Origin: Pseudomonadota bacterium
Lineage (GTDB): Bacteria; Verrucomicrobiota; Verrucomicrobiia; Limisphaerales; SXTU01
Reading direction: 5' to 3'
DNA: 64,000 nt
Assembly: GCA_009924135.1 (NCBI GenBank)
Contig: RFSE01000010.1
Span: 63-64,062, forward strand
Position 1 is the first letter of the stretch, and every line of letters starts with the position of its first letter. Under the pieces are notes generated by a model. It worked only from the letters and a program-made list of their open reading frames with translations. It was not told where the DNA came from and did not search any database. A program made the translations under genes and the position numbers. This document shows, one piece after another, positions 1 to 8,848 of this stretch.

Positions 1-115
1 GGGTGGCCGCTCCCCTCATCCGGCCTCCGGCCACCTTCTCCCCTCGCTCCGCGAAGGGCGAAGGCCAGCACACGTCCGTTCGACAAGATTTCGCGTGCTT
101 CATCCAGAGTGGAGA

Positions 116-754
116 TTACTTGGCTTCCTCGGCCTGGCCTTCCGGTGCGGTTTCCGGTTCTTTTTCCTCCTCCGGTTCCGGCTCCTTGGCCTCGACGGAT
201 TGCAGGGCGGCGCTGATGAGACCTGCGAACAGCCCGCCGCTTAGCAAGGTGTTGCGGAAGAAGGTCCAGGTTTCCGGCCAGCCGCCAACGCCGGTGGTCA
301 ATGCGCGCAGCCAGTCCGCGAAGGTTTTGGCGTAGGCGGGGTTTTGCAGCCAGGCGGCGGTATTGGTGATAAGGTAAAAGAGCACCGCGCCCAGCAGCCC
401 CCCGGCGACGGATTTGGACACCGAGGCATGCCGGGAGAACTGCCGGCCCAGCAGAAAGATGCCTGCGTAGGCGAGGTAGTTCACGGCCTGGTAATCGCTG
501 AAAATGACCGTTTCGTAGTAGAACACGTTCAACACCACATCCGTGCCGAGCATCGTGCCGAGGATGGCCCACCAGGGCAGCCGCCGGGGAAACGCGCCCG
601 CGCAAAAGACCAGCCCATAGGCCACGCTGAAGTTCAAGGGCATCACCCCCGGCCAGCGCGTCAGCGCGAAGGCCGTCAGCAGGAGCGCAGGGACGAGCAC
701 GGTTCGTTTCACGACGGCGGATGATACGGCGGCAGATTCGAGTTCAAAGTTCAA
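116..754 (-). CDS. Polytopic membrane protein, DUF6580-like putative transport protein with acidic Glu/Pro-rich C-terminal tail
   Basis: 212-aa ORF with several hydrophobic helices (VLVPALLLTAFAL, GLLGAVLFYLITNTAAW, LLSGGLFAGLISAAL). The segment WPETWTFFRNTLLSG resembles the DUF6580 family from memory. Tail is EAKEPEPEEEKEPETAPEGQAEEAK. Start may be an internal GTG because only 35 bp separate it from the divergent gene. Confidence 0.6.
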   Translation of the reverse strand: MNFELESAAVSSAVVKRTVLVPALLLTAFALTRWPGVMPLNFSVAYGLVFCAGAFPRRLPWWAILGTMLGTDVVLNVFYYETVIFSDYQAVNYLAYAGIFLLGRQFSRHASVSKSVAGGLLGAVLFYLITNTAAWLQNPAYAKTFADWLRALTTGVGGWPETWTFFRNTLLSGGLFAGLISAALQSVEAKEPEPEEEKEPETAPEGQAEEAK

Positions 755-789
755 AGTGCAACGGGCACAGTGGCGGTTCGCGGTGTGTC

Positions 790-1542
790 ATGGAAAAACT
801 GTTCGATATTCTGTACGAAGACGCGGACCTGCTGGCCATCAACAAGCCCGCCGGCCTCGTCTGTCATCCCACCAAGGGCGACGTCTATTCCAGCCTGATC
901 AGCCGCGTCCGCCTGCACCTGGGGGACACCGTGTCCGCGCATCTCGTCAACCGGCTCGACCGTGAGACCAGCGGGGTGGTCCTCGTGGCCAAGAGTCCCG
1001 AGGCGGATGCCGCCCTGAAAAAACTTTTCTCCCTGCGCAAGGTCGGGAAGGAATACCTCGCCATCACCCACGGGCACTTCGGCCCCGATACCGCCGTGTG
1101 CGAGGCTTCGCTGGGCAAGGACGAGCAGGCCGTCATCGCCATCAAGGACTGCGTGCGGGCGGATGGTGCGGTGTCGAGGACCGAGTTCGCCGTCGAACAG
1201 CGTTTCACGCGGCCGGAGGGGGATTTCACGCTGCTCCGCGTGCGGCCGCACAGCGGGCGCAAGCACCAGATCCGCATCCACCTCCAGCACCTCGGCCATC
1301 CCATCGTGGGCGACAAGCTCTACGGCGGCGACGAAGGCCTTTACCTCGCCTTTGTGCTGCGACAGCTCTCCGCCGCGCAGCGCGTGCGCCTGATCCTGCC
1401 CTGCCAGGCGTTGCATGCCGCCGTGCTGCGGTTCAACTGGCGCGGGCGTGACTGGGAGTTTCGCTCGGAGCCGGAACCGTGGTTTACGGACTTCGTGGCC
1501 GGTGCCCCGTGCACGCCGGACTGGGCGGAGAAATACTTGTGA
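790..1542 (+). CDS. RluA-family pseudouridine synthase
   Basis: Motifs LAINKPAGLVCHP, NRLDRETSGVVLVAK (catalytic Asp motif) and GRKHQIRIHL. ATG at 790 (MEKLFDILYEDADLL) fits the family N-terminus better than the ORF-track start at 721. Confidence 0.9.
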   Translation: MEKLFDILYEDADLLAINKPAGLVCHPTKGDVYSSLISRVRLHLGDTVSAHLVNRLDRETSGVVLVAKSPEADAALKKLFSLRKVGKEYLAITHGHFGPDTAVCEASLGKDEQAVIAIKDCVRADGAVSRTEFAVEQRFTRPEGDFTLLRVRPHSGRKHQIRIHLQHLGHPIVGDKLYGGDEGLYLAFVLRQLSAAQRVRLILPCQALHAAVLRFNWRGRDWEFRSEPEPWFTDFVAGAPCTPDWAEKYL

Positions 1543-1673
1543 AATGGGGGAATGGTGAATTCCGAATGGAGAATCCTACTCTGCGAGCTGCGCACAGATT
1601 CGCCATTCGCAACTCGCCATGCGCCGTTGTCCATCGCTAAAACTTCCTCGTGCTGACGACGATTCCCAAAACG

Positions 1674-2771
1674 ATGCAGGCCGTGGTTTATCGCGGCGTG
1701 GACGATCTCCGCGTCGAGACCGTGCCCGTGCCGCGCATTGGCGCGGGCGACCTGCTTGTGCGGGTGGCCGCTTGTGGCGTGTGCCCCACGGACATCAAGA
1801 AAATCCACCACGGCACGGTCACGCCACCGCGCATTTTCGGCCACGAAACCTCCGGCACCATCGTCAAGCTCGGGGCCCGGGTGCGGGGCTTCCGGGTCGG
1901 TGAACGGGTCGCGCTGCACCATCATATTCCTTGTCTGGACTGCCATGCCTGCCGGCATCGGGCGTTTGCCCAGTGCCCGCAATACAAGCGCACCGGCGTG
2001 ACCGCCGGGTTTGAGCCGGCGGGCGGGGGGTACGCTCAATACGTGTGCGTAATGTCCTTTTGCCTGCCGGGGGTGGTGAAAATTCCGGCCAAAAACACCT
2101 TCATCGAGGGCGCGATGCTGGAGCCGGTTAATACCGTGTTGAAGGCCGTGAACCGGCTGGCCGTGCTGCCCGGTGATTTTGTGCTGGTCGCGGGGCAGGG
2201 GCCCATTGGCCTGTTGTTTACGCGGCTGCTGGCTTTGCGGGGCGTGAAGGTGATTGTCACGGATTTGCTCGATCAACGGCTGAATTTTGCCCGCAGCTCG
2301 GGTACTGCGCACGCCCTGCGGGCCGATGCGGCAGACCTGCCGGAGCAAATCCAACGTTTTACGCGCGGTCGGGGCCTGGATGCAGCCGTGATCGCCGTGC
2401 CGGCGGACGCCGCACTAAAACAGGCCGTTGCGCTTCTGCGGGGCGGCGGGCAGACACTGTTGTTTGCCCACACCAAGCGCGGGGCCGTGTCCCCGGTGGA
2501 TTTGTCGGGCATTTGCGTGGATGAAAAGGACCTGATCGGCAGCTATTCAGCCGATGCGACGCTGCAAAAAAACGTTGCCCGGCTGGTTTTTTCGCGCCGG
2601 CTGGACGTGCGCGAACTCGTCACGCACACGTTCCCGCTCACGGAAACGGCGGCCGCCGTGGCGCTGGCGGCGAATCCGCAGCCGGATTCCCTTAAAATTG
2701 TGGTGCAGCAGGAAGGTTTTGACACTGCGCGGGCAGGTTTAACCCCGGCCGCCCTTAGGGCAAAGTCCTGA
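1674..2771 (+). CDS. Zn-dependent alcohol/polyol dehydrogenase (medium-chain dehydrogenase/reductase family)
   Basis: CGVCPTDIKK and GHETSG catalytic-Zn motifs. Structural-Zn cysteines CLDCHACRHRAFAQC. Rossmann motif VAGQGPIGLL. ATG 1674 (MQAVVYRG) is the likely start; GTG 1650 is the alternative. Confidence 0.9.
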   Translation: MQAVVYRGVDDLRVETVPVPRIGAGDLLVRVAACGVCPTDIKKIHHGTVTPPRIFGHETSGTIVKLGARVRGFRVGERVALHHHIPCLDCHACRHRAFAQCPQYKRTGVTAGFEPAGGGYAQYVCVMSFCLPGVVKIPAKNTFIEGAMLEPVNTVLKAVNRLAVLPGDFVLVAGQGPIGLLFTRLLALRGVKVIVTDLLDQRLNFARSSGTAHALRADAADLPEQIQRFTRGRGLDAAVIAVPADAALKQAVALLRGGGQTLLFAHTKRGAVSPVDLSGICVDEKDLIGSYSADATLQKNVARLVFSRRLDVRELVTHTFPLTETAAAVALAANPQPDSLKIVVQQEGFDTARAGLTPAALRAKS

Positions 2772-2841
2772 GAAAAAACCGGTTGACGGTAACTTGATTT
2801 TCTGCGACAAAGACCTTGCACACGAAATAGGTAGCACGAAT

Positions 2842-3486
2842 ATGAAAACAAAAGCACTTCTCGCTGCGGGGCTGATGATGGCAGCCAGCGCGGTTTCCTC
2901 GTTCGGTCAGACCGTCTATTCCGTCAACGCTGTGGGGTTTGTGAATTCGGTGTTCCCACCGGGATTCTCCCTTAACTCCAATCCGCTGGACAACGGCGGA
3001 ACGAACACGTTCGCTGCCCTTTTCCCGGCCGTTCCCAACGGTACGTCCATCTTCAAGTTTGACCCCATTGGCGGTAGCTACGTTGGTGGCACGTTCAGCC
3101 GTGGCAGTTGGGGTGCGGCCGCCTCGATCACTCTCAACCCTGGCGAGGGCTTCTTCTTCAAAAATCCCGGCGCTACTCCCTACACCAATACGTTCGTTGG
3201 TAACGTCATGCAGGGCACGTTGACCACGCCGCTTGTGAGCGGGTTCACCTTGGTGGGATCACAAGTTCCTCAACAGGGCTTGGTGGCCACTGATTTGGGC
3301 CTTCCAATCGCCAATGGTGACACCATCTACAAGTTTGACAGTAGCGTTAATCAGACCTACACCTTGGCTTCGCTCGTCCGTGGGAACTGGTCTCCCGCTG
3401 AGCCTGCGATTGCGGTTGGCGAAGGGTTCTTCGTGAAAAAGGCGATTGCCGCCAACTGGACCCGTACGTTCTCTGTAAACCAATAG
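2842..3486 (+). CDS. Secreted protein with internal two-fold repeat, unknown family
   Basis: Signal peptide MKTKALLAAGLMMAASAVSSFGQ. Two related halves: ...SIFKFDPIGGSY...NPGEGFFFKN... and ...TIYKFDSSVNQTY...AVGEGFFVKK... Lies directly upstream of a PEP-CTERM gene. Confidence 0.65.
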   Translation: MKTKALLAAGLMMAASAVSSFGQTVYSVNAVGFVNSVFPPGFSLNSNPLDNGGTNTFAALFPAVPNGTSIFKFDPIGGSYVGGTFSRGSWGAAASITLNPGEGFFFKNPGATPYTNTFVGNVMQGTLTTPLVSGFTLVGSQVPQQGLVATDLGLPIANGDTIYKFDSSVNQTYTLASLVRGNWSPAEPAIAVGEGFFVKKAIAANWTRTFSVNQ

Positions 3487-3520
3487 TTTTTAAATCAGCA
3501 ACCCTCTCCAAGCACACATC

Positions 3521-4135
3521 ATGAAGATTAAAACCTCCGCTCTGATTGCTCTGTCTGCCATCTGCCTGACTGCGACGTCTGCTCTGGCCAGTTTCACCTA
3601 CGATCCAACCACCTACAATTCCGCCGATGCAACCAAGGGTGTGATCTGGTTCGATACGGTTGGCACCATGAGCTATGATGGTAACGGTAACCCCGCGAAT
3701 ATTACCGGTGGGACCTTGGGTAACAGCACGGTTCAAGTTGACTTCCTGTTCACCTTCTCGGGTGGCACGGCTCGCAGCATCGTTTATACTCTCGATGCCG
3801 CTTCCGGTGGAATCTCTGCCTTTGGAACAGTTAGCGGGCGTATTAGTCCTGAGACTGTAGCGACAGCTAATAATTTGGCCGGCCTCAGTGGAACTTATCA
3901 GGTTGAAGCGTGGGTTGGCGGAGCTTCGTATGGTGATCCGTTGAACACCAAATCGCGCATCTCGGCCGCTACCGCCATCACTTTTGGTGGAACTCCTACG
4001 GGTCAGCTTCCGGTGCTTCCGTCACCAGTCAATAACTTTGCGAATTTCGCTGTCACTGCCGCAGTTCCCGAACCGACGACTCTCGCCCTCGGCTTGTTTG
4101 GTGCCGCTGGCCTGTTGATCCGCCGCCGCAAGTAA
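3521..4135 (+). CDS. PEP-CTERM sorting-domain secreted protein
   Basis: N-terminal signal peptide MKIKTSALIALSAICLTATSALA. C-terminal VPEPTTLALGLFGAAGLLIRRRK gives the PEP motif, a TM helix and a basic tail, the exosortase sorting signal. Confidence 0.85.
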   Translation: MKIKTSALIALSAICLTATSALASFTYDPTTYNSADATKGVIWFDTVGTMSYDGNGNPANITGGTLGNSTVQVDFLFTFSGGTARSIVYTLDAASGGISAFGTVSGRISPETVATANNLAGLSGTYQVEAWVGGASYGDPLNTKSRISAATAITFGGTPTGQLPVLPSPVNNFANFAVTAAVPEPTTLALGLFGAAGLLIRRRK

Positions 4136-4155
4136 TTGCATCGTCCTTTCCTCTC

Positions 4156-4182
4156 AAGCCGCCCTTTATGGGCGGCTTTTTT
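4156..4182 (+). terminator. Rho-independent terminator after the PEP-CTERM gene
   Basis: AAGCCGCCC-tttat-GGGCGGCTT hairpin followed by a T-run (4177-4182). Confidence 0.75.
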
Positions 4183-4236
4183 GTTGTCTGCAATTGACAT
4201 CTTCCGCCAGTCGTCTAGCATTTCTTCGTTCTGGTT

Positions 4237-4311
4237 GGCCTGTTCGTCTATCGGCTAGGACACGGCCCTCTCAAGGCTGAAAGATGGGTTCGATTCCCAT
4301 ACGGGCTACCA
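4237..4311 (+). tRNA. tRNA-Glu (anticodon CUC)
   Basis: Hand-folded 75-nt cloverleaf. Acceptor GGCCTGT/ACGGGCT (two G-U pairs). D-arm GTCT..AGGAC as in E. coli tRNA-Glu. Anticodon stem CGGCC/GGCTG with loop CTCTCAA (anticodon CTC). T-arm ATGGG-TTCGATT-CCCAT. Encoded CCA end. Confidence 0.85.
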
Positions 4312-4417
4312 ACTAACTTCTCCGAATTTCCCACGGCCCAACATTCATTGCGGTCCTTCATTCGGCGCAATTAAGCCGCTACGTCACGCGAAACTTGGAC
4401 AATCAGTTAGGAGGTTT

Positions 4418-4564
4418 TTATTGGTTCCCTTCGCTTGGAGGTGTTGGCTGCTTTGCCTTCTGTTGGACGCCAATTTTGCGCGTAGTCCGCTTGAAGACGC
4501 CGATCACCACGACTGCCGCCAAAGTCGCGGTGCCCACGATTACCAAGATTTGAAGATCACTCAT
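4418..4564 (-). CDS. Possible small single-pass membrane protein (48 aa)
   Basis: My own translation of the minus strand gives MSDLQILVIVGTATLAAVVVIGVFKRTTRKIGVQQKAKQPTPPSEGNQ*: one hydrophobic helix followed by a basic stretch. It is below the ORF-track size cut-off and has no clear RBS. Confidence 0.3.
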   Translation of the reverse strand: MSDLQILVIVGTATLAAVVVIGVFKRTTRKIGVQQKAKQPTPPSEGNQ

Positions 4565-4661
4565 GCTAGCGAACGCCCCGCGCGCGCAAGTTTTGGGCCA
4601 TTCTCACGGGAAAAATAAAAATCTGGGCGAAGTTGAGGGCATCACCGCCCGTCAGTTGTCC

Positions 4662-5681
4662 ATGCTTTCCACTCAATTGGACTTTACGGCCACCGGCAAA
4701 CAGCAGGGGTTTCTGCAGGTTCCCTATTCGCACAACCTTGGCGGCTGGGCCAATGTGATGGTTCCCTGCACGGTGGTCGCCCGTGGCCAGGGGCCGACCG
4801 TGCTCATTCTCGCGGGCAATCACGGTGACGAGTATCAGGGCCAGATCGCCATCATGAAGCTGGCGCGCGAGTTGACGCCCGAGATGGTCAACGGCCGCAT
4901 CATCCTGATTCCCTCTTTGAATTTCCCCGCCGCCCGCGCTGCCACGCGCCTCTCGCCCGTGGACGGCATGAACATGAACCGCGCGTTCCCCGGTAAGCCC
5001 GAGGGCGCGGTCACAAGCCAAATTGCGCACTACCTTACGACGGTGCTCTTCCCGTTGAGCGATGTGGTCATCGACATCCACTCTGGCGGGCGCAGCATGG
5101 AGTTCGTGCCGTGCTCCACGATGCATCTTGTCGCCGACCGCACGCAGCGTCGCACGATGCTTGATGCCATGCTCGCCTGGAACTCGGACTTCGCCTTTCT
5201 TTACGCGGACATCGCGGGCACGGGGCTGTTGCCGGTCGAGGCGGAGAATCAAGGCAAACTCGTCGTTACTACTGAAATGGGCGGCGGCGAATGCGTCCCC
5301 GCCGAGGTTCACCGCATCACGCAAAGCGGTCTGCGAAACGTCCTCATCCACCTTGGCGCGCTGCGGGGCCGCGAGCAGACGCGCGCCCGGCTCGGCCTGC
5401 CCCCCGTCATCCTCACGCAGGCATTGCACCGCGAGGACTACCTGCTTGCGCCCGAATCCGGCATCTTTGAAATCTGCCTCGACCTCGGCGCGAAGGTGAA
5501 GCGCGGCCAGACCGTCGGCTACATTCATCACCTCGAACGCCCCGATCGCGCGCCGGAACCGCTCGTCGCGCAGAGCAGCGGCTTCCTCATCACCATCCGT
5601 GCCCCCTGCCTCACGCAGCAGGGCGATTGTGTGGCGGTCATCGCGCAACAGGTGAGCGAGCGGGAAGTGATGGCGGCTTAA
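4662..5681 (+). CDS. Succinylglutamate desuccinylase/aspartoacylase-family (M14-like) Zn deacylase, DoeB-like
   Basis: GPTVLILAGNHGDEYQGQIAIMKL Zn-binding HxxE motif and DIHSGG. N-terminus MLSTQLDFTATGKQQGFLQVPYS matches the family start. The ORF-track start 4563 is probably an over-extension. Confidence 0.85.
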   Translation: MLSTQLDFTATGKQQGFLQVPYSHNLGGWANVMVPCTVVARGQGPTVLILAGNHGDEYQGQIAIMKLARELTPEMVNGRIILIPSLNFPAARAATRLSPVDGMNMNRAFPGKPEGAVTSQIAHYLTTVLFPLSDVVIDIHSGGRSMEFVPCSTMHLVADRTQRRTMLDAMLAWNSDFAFLYADIAGTGLLPVEAENQGKLVVTTEMGGGECVPAEVHRITQSGLRNVLIHLGALRGREQTRARLGLPPVILTQALHREDYLLAPESGIFEICLDLGAKVKRGQTVGYIHHLERPDRAPEPLVAQSSGFLITIRAPCLTQQGDCVAVIAQQVSEREVMAA

Positions 5682-5691
5682 GCCCGGTCAG

Positions 5692-5913
5692 GTGAACGGA
5701 ATGCCAACTACTGAGAACGAATTACTGCAATCGTGGTTCGCACCATTGTTCAAGGCCGCTGGATTTAAAAAATCCGCTTCGACCTGGCATCGTGCAACTC
5801 AAGACATTATCCACGTCTTCAACATCCAAGGTTCGCAATGGAGACACAGCTGTTATTTCAAACCAGCCGTTACGGTTGAGGCTTATGAATACCTTGGAAT
5901 TAAACCGGCCTGA
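5692..5913 (+). pseudogene. Short DUF4304-like remnant in a low-GC islet
   Basis: 73-aa ORF. LFKAAGFKKSASTWHRATQDIIHVFNIQGSQW resembles the N-terminal half of DUF4304 proteins (from memory), but it ends after about half the normal length. Visibly AT-richer than its surroundings. Confidence 0.3.
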
Positions 5914-5994
5914 TCGTGCGAGGTCGTCCGACAATTGCACCTTGATGGGGCAAGCCGTTGTGAGATCAAAGCGGAGAAGTGCTTTTGTCTGGAA

Positions 5995-8613
5995 ATGAAA
6001 AGAACGCTTAAATTGAAAGCTGCCAAAATTCTGGCCGTTTTGATCCTCCCGCTCTCAAGTCTGCTCGCCGCTCCGCCGCCGAAACCCCCCGAAGTCCCCG
6101 CCGACCTGCCGCCGAAGATCGAACTGCTCCGTCCGGGCGTGAAGCTCACGCTTCTGGCCGAGCATCCCGCGCTCGTCACGCCCACGGGCATTGACGTGGA
6201 TGCGCAGGGCCGCATCTGGGTCGTGTCTTGCCATACGCATTTCCGCCCGCAGGGTTACGCGGGGCCGGTGCACGATGAAATTCTAGTCTTTGACCGCGAC
6301 GGAAAAAACCGCCGCGTTTTCTACAACCAGACCGACATGACGATGAACGTGAAGGTCGGCCCCGACGGCTGGGTGTATCTCGCCGAGCGCAGCCGCATCC
6401 TTCGCGTGAAAGACACGAACGGCGACGGCGTGGCGGACCTGGCCGAGAACGTCGCCGTGCTCGATACGGTGACGGACTATCCTCACAACGGCCTCTCCGG
6501 CATGACGTGGTTGCCAAGCGGTGAACTGATGTTCTCGTTGGGTGAAAACTTTGGGAAAAACTGGACGCTCTCCGGGCGCGATGGCGTGAAGTTCACCGGG
6601 CGCGGTGAAGGCGGGATCTTCCGCTGCCGCGCCGATGGCTCCGGCCTGCATCGCGTCGCGCGCGGCTTCTGGAATCCCTTCGGCATCATGGCACGCTCGG
6701 ATGGCGAGCTGTTTGCCGTGGACAACGACCCCGGCAGCCGCCCGCCGTGCCGGTTGTTGAACGTTGTCGAAGGAGCGGACTACGGGTTCCAGTGGGTCTA
6801 TGGCAGCGCGCCGGTGCATCCGTTTGTTGCGTGGAACGGCGAGCTGCGTGGCACGCTAGGCATGGTTTTTCCGTCGGGCGAGGGGCCTTGCTCGATTGTG
6901 GAGCTGGGCGGCGGGGCGTTGGTGCCGTCGTGGAGTTATCACCGCATCGATTACTTCCCGCTGGTGCGCAAAGGCGCAGGCTACACGTCCGAGCAGATGG
7001 AATTGGTGCGCGGCAGTGATTTCTTCCGGCCCACCTGCCTGACGGCGGGGCCGGATGGTGCGTTCTATTTCAACGACTGGGTCTTCAGCTCCTACACGCT
7101 GCACGGGCGTGGACGGCTGTGGAAACTGGAGATCGACAAGGCGAAGGCGACCTGGCTCAAGCCCGCGCCCGAACCGTTGAACGCGCCGGCACTGCTCGCG
7201 AAGAACCTGCGGGAAGGCAGGGTGCAGCTCACCGAGGCGCAACTCTTCGAGCATGCGCGCGGCAGCGATGCTTATTTGTCGGATGCGGCGTTGACGGCGC
7301 TCGCCCGTAATGGCGCGAGCTGGACGCCGGATCACGTGCTCAAACTGGCAGCGCGCGATCGCGTCTGGGCGCTCGTGGCGTTGCGCCGGGTGGACTTGAA
7401 CGAGGAGAAATGGGTGCGGCTGCTCTTCAATGATCCCGATCCGGAAATCCGTTTCGAATGCCTGCGCTGGATTGCCGATGGAGTGCTCACTGGTTTCAGC
7501 GCAGACGTCGAGCGATTGCTGACCCGTGCGGACCTCGACTATCGGATGTTTGAAGCCTTGCTCGCCACCTGGAACACGCTGCGCGGTCAGCCGGAGGCCG
7601 GGGTCACCGACGTGAACGTCCTCGTGGAGCGCGTGACGAACGCCGCCACGCCCGCGCGTCTGAAGGGCTACGCCTTGCGCCTCGTGCCGCCAGCGCACGC
7701 CAAGCTCACCGTGCCGCTGCTGCGCGACCTTCTGGCAGTGAACGACCCGCTGCTTTCCTCCGAAGTCGTGCGCACGCTGGCAGCACGCGATGCGGACGAT
7801 GCGCGGGCGGTGCTCGCCAGCATCGCCGCCGATGACGCGCGCCCAGCCGAGCTGCGGGCGGATGCCATCACCGGCCTGGCGGCGGCTCCGGCGCAACAGG
7901 ACTTGCTCCTGAAGCTTGCCGCGAGCGATCACGCTTCGATCCGCGATGAGGCCCTGCGGGCGATGCGCTTGTTGCCGCTGGATGATGCGGCGAAGATATC
8001 GTTGAGCGGCGTTGCGCAGCGCCATGCCCAGTCTGCCGCGCTCGTGAGCGCACTCCTCACGCCCGCTTCCGTGGACGCTGGTCGGCCGCCGTTAGAAGAC
8101 ACCGCCGCGTGGCTCAAGCGGCTTTCGGCTCTGCCCGGCAAGCCCAATGCCGAGGCAGGACGCCGCATCTTTTTCCACTCGCGCGTCGCCATGTGCTCCA
8201 CCTGCCATCGCCACAGCGGACGGGGCAACGTCGTCGGACCGGACCTGAGTTTCATCGCGCAGCAGGGCGACCAGAAGGCGATCCTGCAATCCGTCCTGGA
8301 GCCGAACCGCGACGTCGCGCCGCAGTTTTTCCCGACGCAACTGGAGTTGAAGGACGGCACGGAATTCACAGGCATTCTGCTGCGTTCCTCAAGCGTGGAT
8401 GTCTTCCGTGACCTCACGGGCAAGGAGCGCACGTTCAAGCCAACGGATATTGTGAAGCGCACCGAGCTGAAGACTTCGCTCATGCCGACCGGGCTCGTGG
8501 CCACGCTGACGGATATGGAACTGCGTGACCTCTTGGCGTTTCTAAGTTCGGGTGAAGGCGCGAATGTGGCCGGGGTCCCAAGCTCACGCAATGAGGCGCG
8601 AAAATCGAATTGA
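5995..8613 (+). CDS. PVC-type haem-binding protein (putative membrane-bound dehydrogenase-like N-domain, HEAT-like repeats, C-terminal cytochrome c)
   Basis: Signal peptide MKRTLKLKAAKILAVLILPLSSLLAAPPP. Central helical repeats (DPEIRFECLRW..., VVRTLAARDADD...). C-terminal CSTCHRHSGRGNVVGPDLS...LMP. This architecture is typical of the Pirellula/Verrucomicrobium CxxCH family. Confidence 0.85.
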   Translation: MKRTLKLKAAKILAVLILPLSSLLAAPPPKPPEVPADLPPKIELLRPGVKLTLLAEHPALVTPTGIDVDAQGRIWVVSCHTHFRPQGYAGPVHDEILVFDRDGKNRRVFYNQTDMTMNVKVGPDGWVYLAERSRILRVKDTNGDGVADLAENVAVLDTVTDYPHNGLSGMTWLPSGELMFSLGENFGKNWTLSGRDGVKFTGRGEGGIFRCRADGSGLHRVARGFWNPFGIMARSDGELFAVDNDPGSRPPCRLLNVVEGADYGFQWVYGSAPVHPFVAWNGELRGTLGMVFPSGEGPCSIVELGGGALVPSWSYHRIDYFPLVRKGAGYTSEQMELVRGSDFFRPTCLTAGPDGAFYFNDWVFSSYTLHGRGRLWKLEIDKAKATWLKPAPEPLNAPALLAKNLREGRVQLTEAQLFEHARGSDAYLSDAALTALARNGASWTPDHVLKLAARDRVWALVALRRVDLNEEKWVRLLFNDPDPEIRFECLRWIADGVLTGFSADVERLLTRADLDYRMFEALLATWNTLRGQPEAGVTDVNVLVERVTNAATPARLKGYALRLVPPAHAKLTVPLLRDLLAVNDPLLSSEVVRTLAARDADDARAVLASIAADDARPAELRADAITGLAAAPAQQDLLLKLAASDHASIRDEALRAMRLLPLDDAAKISLSGVAQRHAQSAALVSALLTPASVDAGRPPLEDTAAWLKRLSALPGKPNAEAGRRIFFHSRVAMCSTCHRHSGRGNVVGPDLSFIAQQGDQKAILQSVLEPNRDVAPQFFPTQLELKDGTEFTGILLRSSSVDVFRDLTGKERTFKPTDIVKRTELKTSLMPTGLVATLTDMELRDLLAFLSSGEGANVAGVPSSRNEARKSN

Positions 8614-8650
8614 GGCATGATGCAGAGCCCGAAACTCCCGAGCGCATTCA

Positions 8651-8688
8651 CCCTCTCCCCCATTGGGGGAGAGGGCAGGGTGAGGGGG
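8651..8688. repeat. REP-like palindromic element, copy A (hairpin followed by G-rich tail)
   Basis: CCCTCTCCCCC-att-GGGGGAGAGGG (perfect 11-bp stem) followed by CAGGGTGAGGGGG. Identical to copy E at 15016-15053 except for the loop. Confidence 0.85.
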
Positions 8689-8779
8689 CATCGTGCTGAC
8701 GCAGGCGTCATGCAGTGGGCAAAGACCGTTCGGATTGTCACTTCCCTTTCCCCCTGGGGCCGAATTTCCTCGCACCGTA

Positions 8780-8820
8780 CCCCCTCACACCCCAGCCCTC
8801 TCCCCCAGTGGGGGAGAGGG
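8780..8820. repeat. REP-like palindromic element, copy B (inverted orientation)
   Basis: CCCCCTCACACCCCAG followed by CCCTCTCCCCC-agt-GGGGGAGAGGG. This is the reverse-complement arrangement of copy A. Confidence 0.85.
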
Positions 8821-8848
8821 AGCCGCGCCTAGGATTTCGCTGCCCCGC

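Noticed and set aside
3-335. 110-aa plus-strand ORF at the window start.
   Set aside because: It overlaps the DUF6580-like membrane gene on the opposite strand. Its N-terminal part is translated from a REP-like hairpin, and it has no motifs.
4312-4420. The tRNA-Glu 3' flank as an integration site of a genomic island.
   Set aside because: The flank is somewhat AT-richer, but there is no integrase, no direct repeat of the tRNA 3' end that I could find, and normal metabolic genes follow.
8617-8832. Small ORFs (8617-8832, 8584-8775, 14981-15265 and others) encoding GGEG/GERV-type peptides.
   Set aside because: They are translations of the REP-like palindromes in intergenic DNA, not genes.
8693-8848. 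N-terminal extensions of the MFS gene (from 8693), the propeller gene (up to 15301) and the barrel gene (from 46210).
   Set aside because: The extensions run through REP palindromes or overlap the preceding gene. Downstream starts give proper signal peptides or TM1.
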